This document shows, piece by piece, positions 44,292 to 54,738 of a stretch of 64,000 nt of DNA (the first letter of the stretch is position 1; each line of letters begins with the position of its first letter). This DNA is from Firmicutes bacterium UBA5389. Its GTDB lineage: Bacteria > Bacillota > DTU025. Location of the stretch: contig DHON01000122.1 in the NCBI GenBank assembly GCA_002409965.1, positions 19,867-83,866 of the forward strand, read 5' to 3'. The translations under genes were made by a program, and so were the position numbers. The notes below the pieces were generated by a model. The model was not told the origin of the DNA. It was given only the letters and a program-made list of their open reading frames with translations, and searched no databases.

Positions 44292-45725
44292 ATGCACGTT
44301 GAACACAAGAAAGCCAGGGTTGTCGCCTTTGGCTGCCAGATGAACGAGCGTGATGCCGAAACCATCTCAGGGCTCTTGGAGCAGATTGGATACGAAACGG
44401 CGCGGCCGGGCGAAGACGGCGGCGACCGCGGCGATGCTGACCTTGTTATATTCGTCACATGCTGCGTGCGGGAGAACGCGGAGAACCGCGCCTTGGGCAA
44501 TCTGGGCGACACGAAGAGGCTCAAAGAGCGCAGGCCGGGCATGATCGTAGGCATCTCGGGATGCATGGTGCAGCAGGAACACGTCAGGGCCATGGTGCGC
44601 GATCGAATGCCCTGGGTCGACCTGGTGTTTGGGACTCACAACATTCACCGACTGCCTGAGCTTGTGGCGCGGGTCGCGGCGGGGGAGCGCGTGATCGAGG
44701 TATGGGACGAAGCCCATGAGATCGTGGAGGGGTTGCCGGCATCGAGGGCGTTCGCGCACAAGGCCTTTGTCAACATCACCTACGGGTGCAATAACTTTTG
44801 CGCCTACTGCATCGTGCCCTACGTGCGGGGCAGAGAGCGCAGCAGGCGACCGGAGGACATCCTGGCCGAAGTGCGCGAGCTTGCGGCATCGGGCTGCCGC
44901 GAAGTGACGCTTCTGGGCCAGAACGTGAATTCATACGGACGCGGCCTGCCGCCGGGAAGCTGCGGCCGGGCCCCGGATTTCGCTGACCTGCTTCGCGCAG
45001 TGAACGCCGTAACGGGGATCTCGCGAATACGGTTCACTACATCACACCCCCGCGATTTCAGCGACGAGATGATTGGGGCAGTCGCCTCATGCGAGAAGGT
45101 ATGCGAGCACTTCCATCTGCCGCTTCAGGCCGGAAGCGACAGAGTGCTTAAGGCGATGAACCGGGGCTACACCAGGGCACGTTACCTGGACCTGCTCAGC
45201 CGTATCAGGCAGGCTGTACCCGGAGCGTCCATAACCACCGACATCATGGTGGGCTTCCCGGGTGAAACCGAAGCCGACTTTGAGGCGACCCTGGATGTGG
45301 TGCGGGAGGCGCGGTTCGACGCCGCGTTCACCTTCATCTACTCTCCGCGGGAAGGCACCGTGGCGGCCTCCTTGCCCGATCAGGTGCCGGAGGACGTGAA
45401 GCGTGGCCGGATATACCGTCTCATAGAATTGGTGAACGCCACTGCCGAGAGCGTCAATGAGTCACTGCGCGGGCACGTAGTTGAGGTCATGGTGGACGGC
45501 CCGTCTGAGCGCGATCCGTCCACCTTCGCCGGCAGGACCAGGTCCAACAAGATGGTGCACTGGCGCCCCAAAGCGCCCGATGCGGCCGGCGCCGACGGCG
45601 ACCGCCGTTCAGGCGGCGTCCTCGCTCCGGGCGACCTGGTGATGGTGAAGGTGATCGAGCCGCACACGTGGACGCTTCACGGCGAGCAGATCGGCGTGCC
45701 GGGGAAGGCGGGGCCGATAGAGTGA
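44292..45725 (+). CDS. miaB: tRNA-i6A37 methylthiotransferase MiaB (radical SAM)
   Basis: N-terminal FGCQMNERD, radical-SAM CNNFCAYCIVP, and a TRAM domain at the C-terminus. Confidence 0.9.
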   Translation: MHVEHKKARVVAFGCQMNERDAETISGLLEQIGYETARPGEDGGDRGDADLVIFVTCCVRENAENRALGNLGDTKRLKERRPGMIVGISGCMVQQEHVRAMVRDRMPWVDLVFGTHNIHRLPELVARVAAGERVIEVWDEAHEIVEGLPASRAFAHKAFVNITYGCNNFCAYCIVPYVRGRERSRRPEDILAEVRELAASGCREVTLLGQNVNSYGRGLPPGSCGRAPDFADLLRAVNAVTGISRIRFTTSHPRDFSDEMIGAVASCEKVCEHFHLPLQAGSDRVLKAMNRGYTRARYLDLLSRIRQAVPGASITTDIMVGFPGETEADFEATLDVVREARFDAAFTFIYSPREGTVAASLPDQVPEDVKRGRIYRLIELVNATAESVNESLRGHVVEVMVDGPSERDPSTFAGRTRSNKMVHWRPKAPDAAGADGDRRSGGVLAPGDLVMVKVIEPHTWTLHGEQIGVPGKAGPIE

Positions 45726-48295
45726 GTCCTAAGCCGACGCCGATGATCAAGCAGTACCGCGACCTGAAGCAGAAGCACCCCGATGCCATACTCCTGTTCA
45801 GGCTGGGCGACTTCTTCGAAATGTTCTGCGAAGATGCGGAGGTGGCCAGCCGCGAGCTGGGCATCGTGCTGACGAGCCGCGATGCGGGCCCGTCCAACAA
45901 GATGCCCATGTGCGGGGTTCCTCACCACGCCGTGGACGGCTACATCGCCACGCTGGTGCAGAATGGTCACAAGGTGGCCATAGCCGATCAAGTGGAGGAT
46001 CCCCGTGTGGCCCGGGGCCTAGTCCGCCGGGAGGTCGTGCGCGTGGTCACCCCCGGAACCCTGGCAGACGCGGTCGACCCAGCAGTCAACAACTTCCTGA
46101 TCGCAGTGGTTGCCGCATCGGCAGGCATAGGTCTTGCGGCATGCGATGCTTCCACTGGAGAACTCCTGGCCACGCAGGCTCTGGGCGACGATGCGTCCAG
46201 GCTGATCTGCGAGGAGGTGGGCAGGATCGCGCCGAGCGAGTGCATCTATCCCGAGGACGAGGCCGTGCCTTGCGCGCAGGGCGAATTCGTGTCGTATCCC
46301 AGGCCGCGCAGGCACTTTGAACTGACGCACGCTCGGGAGACGCTTCTTGGGCAGTTCGATGCGGCGTCGCTCGAAGGCTTCGGCGCCCACGGCATGGACC
46401 TGGCTGTCCGGGCCGCCGGGGCCCTCGTCTCCTACATTCAGGAGACCCAGATGTCTCGCGCGCCGCAGATATCGCGCATGCGCGTCTACCGCCTGGGGGA
46501 TTTCATGCAGGTGGACGCGCCCACGCGGCGGGCTTTGGATCTTTTCGGGCGGGAAAGGGGTCTGCTTCGGGCGATGGACGATACGCGCACGCCCATGGGC
46601 GGCAGGCTTGTCCGGGCCTGGCTGGAGCGCCCGTCCATTTCGGTCGCGGAGATCAACGCGCGGCTCGACTGTGTTGAGGAGCTGGCTGCCGAGGCGTTCA
46701 TGCGAGCCGATGTCCGCGCTGCGCTGGACCGAATGTACGACCTGGAGCGCACATGCGGCCGGATCGGCTACAGGACGGCCGGACCCCGAGACCTGCTGGC
46801 CCTGGCCGCGTCGCTTGAGGCCGCAGGCCAACTGCAGCAGGCGCTTTCGGCGGCGACCGCGCCGCGCCTTGTGGAGCTTCGATCTGCCGTGGATCCCGTT
46901 CCCGAGGCGGTGAGGCGAATCCGTGAGTCCATACGCGAAGACGCCAAAGCCAGCGCGAACGAGGGCGGGGTCATCCGCCCCGGGTTCAGCACGGAAGTGG
47001 ACGAACTGAGCCAGGCGTCCACCGAGGGGCGCGAGTGGTTGGTTACGCTTGAGGCCGACGAGCGCGAGCGCACCGGGATCCGGTCGCTAAAGGTCGGCTT
47101 CAACCAGGTATTCGGTTACTACATCGAGGTGACGCATGCCAACGCCCACTTAGTGCCCGACAACTACACGCGCAAACAGACGCTGGCCAACGCCGAAAGA
47201 TACATCACGCCCGAGCTGAAGGAGCTGGAATCCAAGATCCTCGGTGCCGAAGAGCGCCTAGTGCGGTTGGAAGCGGCCATATTCCAGCAAGTAGTCGAGG
47301 AGGTCTCGGGGTATCTGCCTCGGATTCTGTCGACCGCCCGTGCGGTTGCACAGGTGGACGCGGCGGCATGCTTCGCCGAGGATGCGCGGGCCTGCGGCTA
47401 CGTGCGGCCTGTGGTCGACGACGGACGCGCCACCGTGATCCGCGAAGCTCGCCATCCGGTGCTGGCCAGGATCCTGGGGCCGTCTCGATACGTGCCCAGC
47501 GACATGGAGACGGGCGCCGATGGGGGGCGCCTCTTGATCATCACCGGTCCCAACATGGCGGGCAAGTCTACGGTTCTCGCCACCATGGGCTTGATCACGC
47601 TCATGGCCCAGGTGGGATCGTTCGTGCCTGCCAGGGAGGCGAGAATCGGCGTGTGCGACGCCATATTCTACCGCGCCGGCTCCTACGACGACATCGGCTC
47701 GGGGAAGAGCAGTTTTATGGTGGAGCTGCTGGAGGTGGCCAGCATATTGAACACCGCGACCTCCCGCAGCCTGGTCCTCGTAGACGAGCTGGGCCGTGGG
47801 ACCAGCACCTACGACGGGATGGCCCTGGCCTGGGCGACGGCGGAATGGATGCATGATGAGGTGGGGGCGCGCACTCTGTTCACCACCCACTACCACGAGC
47901 TTGCAGCGCTCGAGGAACGTCTGGCGTATGCGCGGAACTACCACGTTGGGGCGGTCGAGCGCCAAGGTGAACTGGTCTTTCTGTACAGACTGGCGCGGGG
48001 GAGCGTGGACCGTAGCTATGGCCTGAATGTGGCGCGAATGGCCGGGCTGCCCAGGGAGGTCGTCAGACGGGCGCAGCAGATCCTGCGCGGCCTAGAGAGC
48101 GCCCAGCCGTCAGGCGGGCATCAGATGACCCTGTTCGGCTGGACGGATGAGGAACCTCTGCCGATAGCCGCTGTGACCGATGGCGACGACTGCGCCAGGC
48201 GGGTGTGGGAGCGGCTCGAGAGCATCGACCCCGATGCGCTAGCGCCGCGCGAAGCGCTGTCCTTGCTCTACGAGCTGAAGCGAATGCAGGAGTAG
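45722..48295 (+). CDS. mutS: DNA mismatch repair protein MutS
   Basis: TPMIKQYRDLKQKHPDAILLFRLGDFFEMF, Walker A GPNMAGKST, and DELGRGTSTYDG. GTGA overlap with the miaB stop. Confidence 0.95.
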   Translation: MSPKPTPMIKQYRDLKQKHPDAILLFRLGDFFEMFCEDAEVASRELGIVLTSRDAGPSNKMPMCGVPHHAVDGYIATLVQNGHKVAIADQVEDPRVARGLVRREVVRVVTPGTLADAVDPAVNNFLIAVVAASAGIGLAACDASTGELLATQALGDDASRLICEEVGRIAPSECIYPEDEAVPCAQGEFVSYPRPRRHFELTHARETLLGQFDAASLEGFGAHGMDLAVRAAGALVSYIQETQMSRAPQISRMRVYRLGDFMQVDAPTRRALDLFGRERGLLRAMDDTRTPMGGRLVRAWLERPSISVAEINARLDCVEELAAEAFMRADVRAALDRMYDLERTCGRIGYRTAGPRDLLALAASLEAAGQLQQALSAATAPRLVELRSAVDPVPEAVRRIRESIREDAKASANEGGVIRPGFSTEVDELSQASTEGREWLVTLEADERERTGIRSLKVGFNQVFGYYIEVTHANAHLVPDNYTRKQTLANAERYITPELKELESKILGAEERLVRLEAAIFQQVVEEVSGYLPRILSTARAVAQVDAAACFAEDARACGYVRPVVDDGRATVIREARHPVLARILGPSRYVPSDMETGADGGRLLIITGPNMAGKSTVLATMGLITLMAQVGSFVPAREARIGVCDAIFYRAGSYDDIGSGKSSFMVELLEVASILNTATSRSLVLVDELGRGTSTYDGMALAWATAEWMHDEVGARTLFTTHYHELAALEERLAYARNYHVGAVERQGELVFLYRLARGSVDRSYGLNVARMAGLPREVVRRAQQILRGLESAQPSGGHQMTLFGWTDEEPLPIAAVTDGDDCARRVWERLESIDPDALAPREALSLLYELKRMQE

Positions 48296-48305
48296 GTGAT
48301 TTGGC

Positions 48306-50141
48306 ATGCGCATCGTGAAGCTTTCGCCGGAGGTGGCCGACAGGATCGCAGCAGGCGAGGTTGTGGAGCGCCCGGCCTCTGTCGTGAAAGAACTCGTCGA
48401 GAACTCGATAGACGCAGGGGCGCGCGCTGTGCGAGTTGAGGTGGCCGGCGGAGGGCTCGAGATGATCTCGGTATCCGACGACGGATGCGGAATGAGCCGC
48501 GACGATGCATCCCGCGCTTTTGCCCGGCACGCCACGAGCAAGATATCCCGGGCCGAGGATCTGTTTTCCATTACGACTCTGGGCTTTCGAGGCGAGGCGC
48601 TGCCCAGCATCGCATCGGTGGCCAAGGTGAGGCTGATCACGCGCGAGCGGGGCGCTGCCCAAGGCACACTGGTGACAGCCGAGGGCAGCCTGGTGGGCGC
48701 GCCGGCCCCAGCGGGCGCGCCGGAGGGCACCACGATAACCGTGTGCGACCTGTTCTACAACACCCCGGCACGCCTTAAGTACCTTCGCTCTCCTGCTACG
48801 GAGACACGGCGAATCATAGGCGCCCTTGGCAGGCTGGCGCTGGCTCACCCCCAGGTCTGCTTCGGCCTCGAGGTGGACGGGCGGAACGTGCTGTCCACGC
48901 CGCACGATGGGTCACTGCGCGAGGCGGCGGCAGCCGTGCTCGGCGTGGAGCTGGCTCGCGCCATGGCTCCGGTGGACAAGACGTCCCATGGGATAGCGGT
49001 GCGGGGCCTGGCCGGGCCGGCCGATTTGGCCAAGTCCAGCCGGGACGTGCAGCACGTCCTGGTTAACGGGAGGCCTGTCTCCTGCAAGACGGTATGGGCG
49101 GCCATCGACCGCGCCTACGATCGATCGGTGCCGGCCGGCAAGAAGGCCCCTGTGGTGCTCTGCATAACGCTGGACCCAGCGTGTGTTGACGTCAACGTGC
49201 ACCCGGCCAAGAGCGAGGTGAGGTTCGCGTCTGAGTCAGATGTGTATTCAGCGGTGCACGGCGCAGTATCCGCCGCTCTACGGTCGATGGAGGCCGTGCC
49301 GGATATCGGCCGCGATCTGCGAGGCGGGGTCGCCGAGGCTGTCGACATCGGTGGGTTTGGCAGCGGATCGAGCAGCGGGCCAGGCGGCGGGCCAGGCCGC
49401 GGGCTGGGCAGCGGGCCAGGCAGCGGGCCAGGCGGCGAAGGCGCGCGGTTGTGGCCGAGCGCGGCGTCTGACCGCGGCTCGGATTACGGACCTGGCCATA
49501 GCTACAGCCACAGCGACCTGAGCGGCCCGCGCGGCGCGATCGCCGGCCCGGCCGGGCCCATCGCCGTAATCGGCCAACTCGCCGGAACCTACATACTGGC
49601 CGAGAGCGATTCCGGTCTGCTCATCATCGACCAACACGTGGCGCACGAAAGGGTGCTGGTGGAGGCGTACAGGCGGCGGCTCGCATCGGCCTCGGCATCG
49701 TCCGGCGGTTGCACTCAGCTGTTGCTCTCGCCGGAGCTGGTGGAGCTGGGGGCTGCCGACACTGATCTAGTGACGCGCCATCAGTCGACCTTGGCCCGGA
49801 TGGGCTTTGAGGTAGACGTATTCGGCGCGGCCTCTGTTCTGGTTCGCGGTGTTCCGTTCGCGGCGGCGGCCATGCTGCCACGAGAAGCCCTGGGCGCGGC
49901 GGTGGAGGGAATTGCGGCGGCGCCTGCGGAGGCTGATCCTGAGTCGTTGGCCGACCATGTCGCCGTATCGCTTGCGTGTCATGCCGCGGTGAAGGCCGGC
50001 GCCGCGCTGCGCCGCGAGGAGATGGAGTCGCTGGTAGAGGGCCTGTTGCAGTGTGAGGATCCCATGAGATGCCCGCACGGACGGCCTGTGATAGTCACTG
50101 TGTCCAAGGAGTCACTGGAAAGGAGCTTTGGTCGGCGTTGA
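48306..50141 (+). CDS. mutL: DNA mismatch repair protein MutL
   Basis: IAAGEVVERPASVVKELVENSIDAG, DDGCGM, GFRGEALPSI, and a C-terminal endonuclease-type domain (DQHVAHERV, CPHGRP). Confidence 0.95.
   Translation: MRIVKLSPEVADRIAAGEVVERPASVVKELVENSIDAGARAVRVEVAGGGLEMISVSDDGCGMSRDDASRAFARHATSKISRAEDLFSITTLGFRGEALPSIASVAKVRLITRERGAAQGTLVTAEGSLVGAPAPAGAPEGTTITVCDLFYNTPARLKYLRSPATETRRIIGALGRLALAHPQVCFGLEVDGRNVLSTPHDGSLREAAAAVLGVELARAMAPVDKTSHGIAVRGLAGPADLAKSSRDVQHVLVNGRPVSCKTVWAAIDRAYDRSVPAGKKAPVVLCITLDPACVDVNVHPAKSEVRFASESDVYSAVHGAVSAALRSMEAVPDIGRDLRGGVAEAVDIGGFGSGSSSGPGGGPGRGLGSGPGSGPGGEGARLWPSAASDRGSDYGPGHSYSHSDLSGPRGAIAGPAGPIAVIGQLAGTYILAESDSGLLIIDQHVAHERVLVEAYRRRLASASASSGGCTQLLLSPELVELGAADTDLVTRHQSTLARMGFEVDVFGAASVLVRGVPFAAAAMLPREALGAAVEGIAAAPAEADPESLADHVAVSLACHAAVKAGAALRREEMESLVEGLLQCEDPMRCPHGRPVIVTVSKESLERSFGRR
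49374..49433 (+). repeat. 12-bp tandem repeat (RGCGGGCCAGGC, 5 copies) in the MutL interdomain linker
   Basis: Read directly from the sequence. It encodes SGPGGGPGRGLGSGPGSGPG. Confidence 0.85.
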
Positions 50142-50212
50142 TTATCGTTGATGGACTGGGGGAGCCGGATCGAATACGGTATCATAGATGTCGACTGCGG
50201 GGCCAATCGGCC

Positions 50213-51205
50213 ATGACGGAACTGGGGCGCCTTCCGGTGCTGGCAATTGTGGGCCCGACGGCTTCAGGCAAGTCGGCAGTGGGGATGGAGCTTGGGCGCA
50301 GGCTCGGTGGGGAGATCGTCTCCGCCGACTCCATGCAAGTCTACCGCGGAATGGACATCGGCACCGCCAAGCCGACCCGAAGCGAACAGGCTGACGTCCC
50401 ACATCATCTCATAGACGTCGCCGATCCGGACGAGGTGTGGAACGTAGCGCGTTACCAGGAGCTGGCCGCGGCAGCCATAGCGGACATCGCCTATCGGGGC
50501 GGCCTGCCCATCATGGTGGGCGGCACAGGTCTGTATGTGGACGCTGTGGTGAGGGGGTTCCTATTCCCGGACGAAGGCCGAAACCCCGAGGTGCGAGCCA
50601 GGCTCCAGCGCGAGGCAGAGGCGGCGGGGCCGGAGGGAGCGGCCGTGCTCCATGCCAGGCTGGCGCTGGCCGACCCTGAGGCCGCCAGGCGCATTCATCC
50701 CAACGACCTAAGGAGGATCGTGCGCGCCCTCGAGGTGCACGAGGTGACCGGTTGCCCCATCACTCGGCTGCAGAGGAAGCATGTGCCCGCGCTCGCCTAT
50801 GATGCCAGGCTTTTTGGGCTGACCATGCCGCGCGATGCGCTCAACCGGCGGATTGACATGCGCGTAGACCAGATGGTCGCCGATGGGCTGGCCCGCGAGG
50901 TAGGCGGGCTGCTCCGGATGGGCTACAATCCTGAGGCCACTGCCATGCAGGCCATAGGGTACAAGGAGTTCGCTCTATACCTCGCGGGCCGGGAGACGCT
51001 GGAACAGGCGGTCGACGCTGTGAAGCTCGAGACGCGCAAATACGCCAAACGGCAGATGACGTGGTTCCGAAAGCACCACGACATCACCTGGCTGGACATG
51101 GAGGAGTTCTCGGGGCCCTCGGATGTGGCCGAAGAGATCATGCTGAGGCTTGCTGACTGGATGGAAGAGGTGGACATTACGCTTGGACGACATGAACGAC
51201 GGTGA
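50213..51205 (+). CDS. miaA: tRNA dimethylallyltransferase MiaA
   Basis: IVGPTASGKSAVGMELGRRLGGEIVSADSMQVYRGMDIGTAKP. Confidence 0.9.
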   Translation: MTELGRLPVLAIVGPTASGKSAVGMELGRRLGGEIVSADSMQVYRGMDIGTAKPTRSEQADVPHHLIDVADPDEVWNVARYQELAAAAIADIAYRGGLPIMVGGTGLYVDAVVRGFLFPDEGRNPEVRARLQREAEAAGPEGAAVLHARLALADPEAARRIHPNDLRRIVRALEVHEVTGCPITRLQRKHVPALAYDARLFGLTMPRDALNRRIDMRVDQMVADGLAREVGGLLRMGYNPEATAMQAIGYKEFALYLAGRETLEQAVDAVKLETRKYAKRQMTWFRKHHDITWLDMEEFSGPSDVAEEIMLRLADWMEEVDITLGRHERR

Positions 51206-52472
51206 AATCGCGCTCCGGCTCGGGCTGGAGCGCGAATGGCTGGACACGGCGCGGCAGGTGCGGGCGGGCATAGCGGCCGAACTCGCCGCAACCGATGAGA
51301 TCGCTCGGGTCAACACTGCGCGAGTGCTGGCGGCGCTGGGCAGAGCCGGGCTGGGCGACTATCACTTCGGCGGAACAAACGGTTACGGGTATGACGACAC
51401 TGGCCGGGAGCGCCTGGAGAGAGCATTCGCCGACATCTTCGCGGTTGAGGCTGCTCTGGTGCGGATACAGATGGTATCGGGAACGCACGCCTTGGCGGCG
51501 GTGGTCTTTGGCGTGCTGCGCCCGGGCGACCTTCTCGTGTCGGCGTACGGGGCGCCTTACGACACCATGGTCACCATGATCGGCCGCGACCGCAAGGTGC
51601 GCGGTTCCCTCGCTGACTACGGCGTGGACTACCTGGAGGTGGCGCCGGACGAATCCGGGGAGCCCGACTACGAAGCCATATCCCGGGCAGCCGAGGGCGC
51701 TCGGATGGTGCTGATTCAGCGTTCGCGCGGCTACTCATGGCGCAGGGCCCTGTCATGCGCCGACATAGGAATAATATCCCATTGCGTGAAGGCCGCCAAT
51801 CCCGAGGCCGTGGTGTTCGTGGACAACTGCTACGGCGAGTTCACCGAAACCGGCGAACCCACTCGGGCGGGCGCGGATGTGGCGGCCGGGTCGCTGATCA
51901 AGAACCCCGGCGGCGGGATCGCTCCGTGCGGCGGTTACGTGGTGGGCCGAGCCGACCTGGTGGAGATGGCGGCGGAGCGGCTTACCGCGCCCGGACTGGG
52001 CTCGCACGCAGGCCCCACTCTGGGGTTTACGCGTCTTCTGGCCCAGGGGCTTTTCATGGCGCCCCTCGTTACAGGAGAGGCGGTGGCGGGCTCGCAGTTC
52101 GCATCGGCGTTCCTTTCGAGCCTCGGCTTCGAGGTGTCGCCGCAGCCCGGCGAAGGCAGGCACGATATAGTGCTCGCTGTCAGGTTGGGCTCGCCGGAGG
52201 CCGTTCATGCTTTCTGCCGGGCGGTACAGTCCACATCGCCCGTAGACGCCGGCGTCGCCCCTGTGGCCGCGCCGATGCCAGGCTACGCCGACGAAGTCAT
52301 AATGGCGGCGGGCACATTCGTGCAGGGCGCGTCGATAGAGCTGTCGGCCGATGCCCCGTTACGCCCTCCGTACGATGTCTATCTGCAGGGAGGTCTCACT
52401 CGTCACCAGGTGGAATTTGCCATGCTCAGATTCGCGCAGGACCTGCAGAGGAAACTCGGGGGTCGGAGTTGA
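51192..52472 (+). CDS. Methionine gamma-lyase family / aluminium-resistance (YnbB-like) PLP protein
   Basis: GYGYDDTGRERLERAFADIFAVEAALVRIQMVSGTHA...LRPGD...GAPYDT matches the family pattern. It overlaps the miaA stop by 14 nt. Confidence 0.8.
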   Translation: MNDGEIALRLGLEREWLDTARQVRAGIAAELAATDEIARVNTARVLAALGRAGLGDYHFGGTNGYGYDDTGRERLERAFADIFAVEAALVRIQMVSGTHALAAVVFGVLRPGDLLVSAYGAPYDTMVTMIGRDRKVRGSLADYGVDYLEVAPDESGEPDYEAISRAAEGARMVLIQRSRGYSWRRALSCADIGIISHCVKAANPEAVVFVDNCYGEFTETGEPTRAGADVAAGSLIKNPGGGIAPCGGYVVGRADLVEMAAERLTAPGLGSHAGPTLGFTRLLAQGLFMAPLVTGEAVAGSQFASAFLSSLGFEVSPQPGEGRHDIVLAVRLGSPEAVHAFCRAVQSTSPVDAGVAPVAAPMPGYADEVIMAAGTFVQGASIELSADAPLRPPYDVYLQGGLTRHQVEFAMLRFAQDLQRKLGGRS

Positions 52473-52556
52473 ATCTTCATCTTTAGAGCAACATCGGAGG
52501 TTGACAGCCAGATGTGGATTGGAACACTCGGGAGAGCCTCAAGCCCTGGTGCGCGT

Positions 52557-53717
52557 ATGCGCCGAGCGGGGCTGTTCGTGCTGGTTGCCCTGGCGCTCTT
52601 GGCCATGGCTGCGCCGGGGGGATCCAGCGCATCGGCTGAGCCTGGTGTTCCCGCCGTGTCCGACATTCTCGTGGTGTACCAATCCGGGTCTGCTGTGGGC
52701 ACGCGCGTGATCGAGGCGGATCTTGAGGCCGGGCCCAACCGCCTGGTGGTCGGCCCACTGCCGGAATCGGTGAACGCCCAGAATGCAGAGCTTGCGGCTG
52801 TAGACGGCCGCGTTGAAGTGAAGTCCAAGTTTTTCGACCCGTCCGCGCGATGCCTGGTGTTCACAGTGGTTCCCCAGTCACCCGGCCCGGCGTCGCTGAG
52901 GCTGACGTATGCATTCTCCGGTCTCACCTGGAGCGCGTCGTACACCATAGTCCTGGACGGGCGCCGGGATGAGGCCGCCGTCTTTGGATGGTACTGTGTG
53001 AGCAACCAGACCGGGTCCCCGTTGTCTCCTCGAAGCATGACGCTGGTCGCAGGGTATTCGAATGTCGTTGACGGCCAGTCCGGTGTGCGCGGCGCGGCCG
53101 CTTTGGGCGTTACGTCAGTCGGCGTGGCCTGCCCGGACGAGATGCCGCACGGCGCTGACTTCTACTTGCAGGCCGTGAAGGCGGACAAAGTGCCGGCCCG
53201 CATGGTGTACCTTGTCGATCGAATAGGGATCACCCAGCCGGACCCAGCCGTCTATCGTAAGGAAGAGCCCCACGTCGTTCTGGCGCTGGAGATGACCGTG
53301 TCAGGGCCTGAGCTGGAGCCGCCGTTGCCCGGCGGATGTGCGACCGTGTACGCGCGTTCTGAAGACGGTGCTGCCTACCTGCTCGGCGAGGATAATGTGG
53401 CGCCGATCGGCGCTTCCGGTTCTGTCATGGTGCGTCTGGGCAGAGCGCCTTTCTTGCGCGTGGAGAAGGCCCGCACTGACCAGAAGAAGATCGGAACCAG
53501 CTCGTGGGAGGAGGCCTACCAGATACGCATAACCAACTCCGGGTCGGACCAGGCCGATGTGGTTATTCTGGAGGAGTTCCCAGGTGAGTGGGCCGTCCTC
53601 CAGAGCGCTCCGGTTACAGCCGCGCGCAGTCCGTCAGGGCTGGCGCGCTTCAGCCTGCCGGCGCCGGTGGGGCGCACAGAGGTTCTCTACAGAGTCCGCT
53701 ATACGCTGCAGCTGTAG
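52557..53717 (+). CDS. Secreted DUF4139-like protein
   Basis: Signal peptide. LRLTYAFSGLTWSASYTIVLD...VSNQTG...MTLVAG resembles the DUF4139 core pattern, from memory of that family only. Confidence 0.45.
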   Translation: MRRAGLFVLVALALLAMAAPGGSSASAEPGVPAVSDILVVYQSGSAVGTRVIEADLEAGPNRLVVGPLPESVNAQNAELAAVDGRVEVKSKFFDPSARCLVFTVVPQSPGPASLRLTYAFSGLTWSASYTIVLDGRRDEAAVFGWYCVSNQTGSPLSPRSMTLVAGYSNVVDGQSGVRGAAALGVTSVGVACPDEMPHGADFYLQAVKADKVPARMVYLVDRIGITQPDPAVYRKEEPHVVLALEMTVSGPELEPPLPGGCATVYARSEDGAAYLLGEDNVAPIGASGSVMVRLGRAPFLRVEKARTDQKKIGTSSWEEAYQIRITNSGSDQADVVILEEFPGEWAVLQSAPVTAARSPSGLARFSLPAPVGRTEVLYRVRYTLQL

Positions 53718-53754
53718 TCGGAATCGGCCCTGGCTGAACGGAGGTTGAGATGGC

Positions 53755-54615
53755 TTGCCCGTCCCCGATTTCCCTCGCGGGGCGCCCGTGGAAAACGCCT
53801 TCGGCGAGTGCATCGTGATAGAGAGGCCGGTTACTGTCGATCTCGGATGCGTTTGGACCGCCGAGCGGTCCGCCGCGTGCTGCATAGCGCAGAACCTGCA
53901 GTTGGTGTACGGTATCGGCCCGGTTACCGAGGCCCGCCTGCGGGCAGAGGGCTACAACACCCTGTACGACCTTCTGGAGCATCCACGCTGGGCCGACTTG
54001 GCGCGTCCGGCAGTCGAGGCGTTGGACCGCGCCGATGGTCACACTCTCGCGCGCCTCGGAGTGCGCGATATCGAGCTGCTGAGCCTATGCGGTCCGGACG
54101 ATGTTGCGTTCGTCGACATCGAGACCACTGGCCTGGCATCCACGTGCCCGCTGTTCATGGTGGGCATGCTGCTGCCCCAGTCGGAGCCTGGCTTCCGCCT
54201 AGTGCAGGCCTTCGCGCGCGACTATGACGAAGAAGCGGCCGTGCTCGAAGAAGCGCGCGCGCGGCTTGCCCGGGCGCGGGCGGTTGTAACCTACAACGGC
54301 AAGTCGTTCGACCTGCCGTTCATCTCGCGCCGCATGGCCTACCATGGGTGGACGGACGAGCTCGACGCCATGGTGGTCGACTTGCGATGGCCCGCTAGGC
54401 GCCGCTTCTATGACGCCCTGCCCGACTGCAAGCTCGCCACCATTCAGAGCATGGTGCTCGATTGTCCCAGGGAAGACGACATCCCCGGACGACTCATCCC
54501 CGAGGTGTACGTCGAGTATGTCAGGACGGGCGATCCGAGCCTGGTCTTGCCCATCATCGACCACAACGAGCTGGACTTGCTGGCGATGGCAGGTCTTTTG
54601 CCCCGCCTGGTCTGA
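53755..54615 (+). CDS. RNase H-like (YprB-type) exonuclease-fold protein
   Basis: VAFVDIETTGL...VTYNGKSFDLPFISRRM...DHNELDLLAM (DEDD-like motifs). Confidence 0.6.
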   Translation: MPVPDFPRGAPVENAFGECIVIERPVTVDLGCVWTAERSAACCIAQNLQLVYGIGPVTEARLRAEGYNTLYDLLEHPRWADLARPAVEALDRADGHTLARLGVRDIELLSLCGPDDVAFVDIETTGLASTCPLFMVGMLLPQSEPGFRLVQAFARDYDEEAAVLEEARARLARARAVVTYNGKSFDLPFISRRMAYHGWTDELDAMVVDLRWPARRRFYDALPDCKLATIQSMVLDCPREDDIPGRLIPEVYVEYVRTGDPSLVLPIIDHNELDLLAMAGLLPRLV

Positions 54616-54620
54616 CTTCT

Positions 54621-54650
54621 GCATAATCCCCCCACCGCCTAATATACATA
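54621..54650 (+). promoter_or_regulatory. Candidate sigma-E-type promoter for spoIVA
   Basis: GCATAAT (54621-54627) is followed after 15 nt by TATACATA (54643-54650). This is compared with the remembered sigma-E consensus xxATAxx / CATACAxT. Confidence 0.35.
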
Positions 54651-54738
54651 TAGCGTCATGGAGCAGGTACAACCCGCGCATGGTCTTGCGGGTGTGGCAC
54701 CGCCTCCACCCGGACACGATGCGAGGGAGGGCACGCGT

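Noticed and set aside
51150-51205. Absence of hfq between miaA and the ynbB-like gene, and absence of accBC, folD and spoIVB-spo0A relative to Bacillus synteny.
   Set aside because: Gene absence cannot be judged from one window, because these genes may lie elsewhere. It is noted only as a synteny difference.
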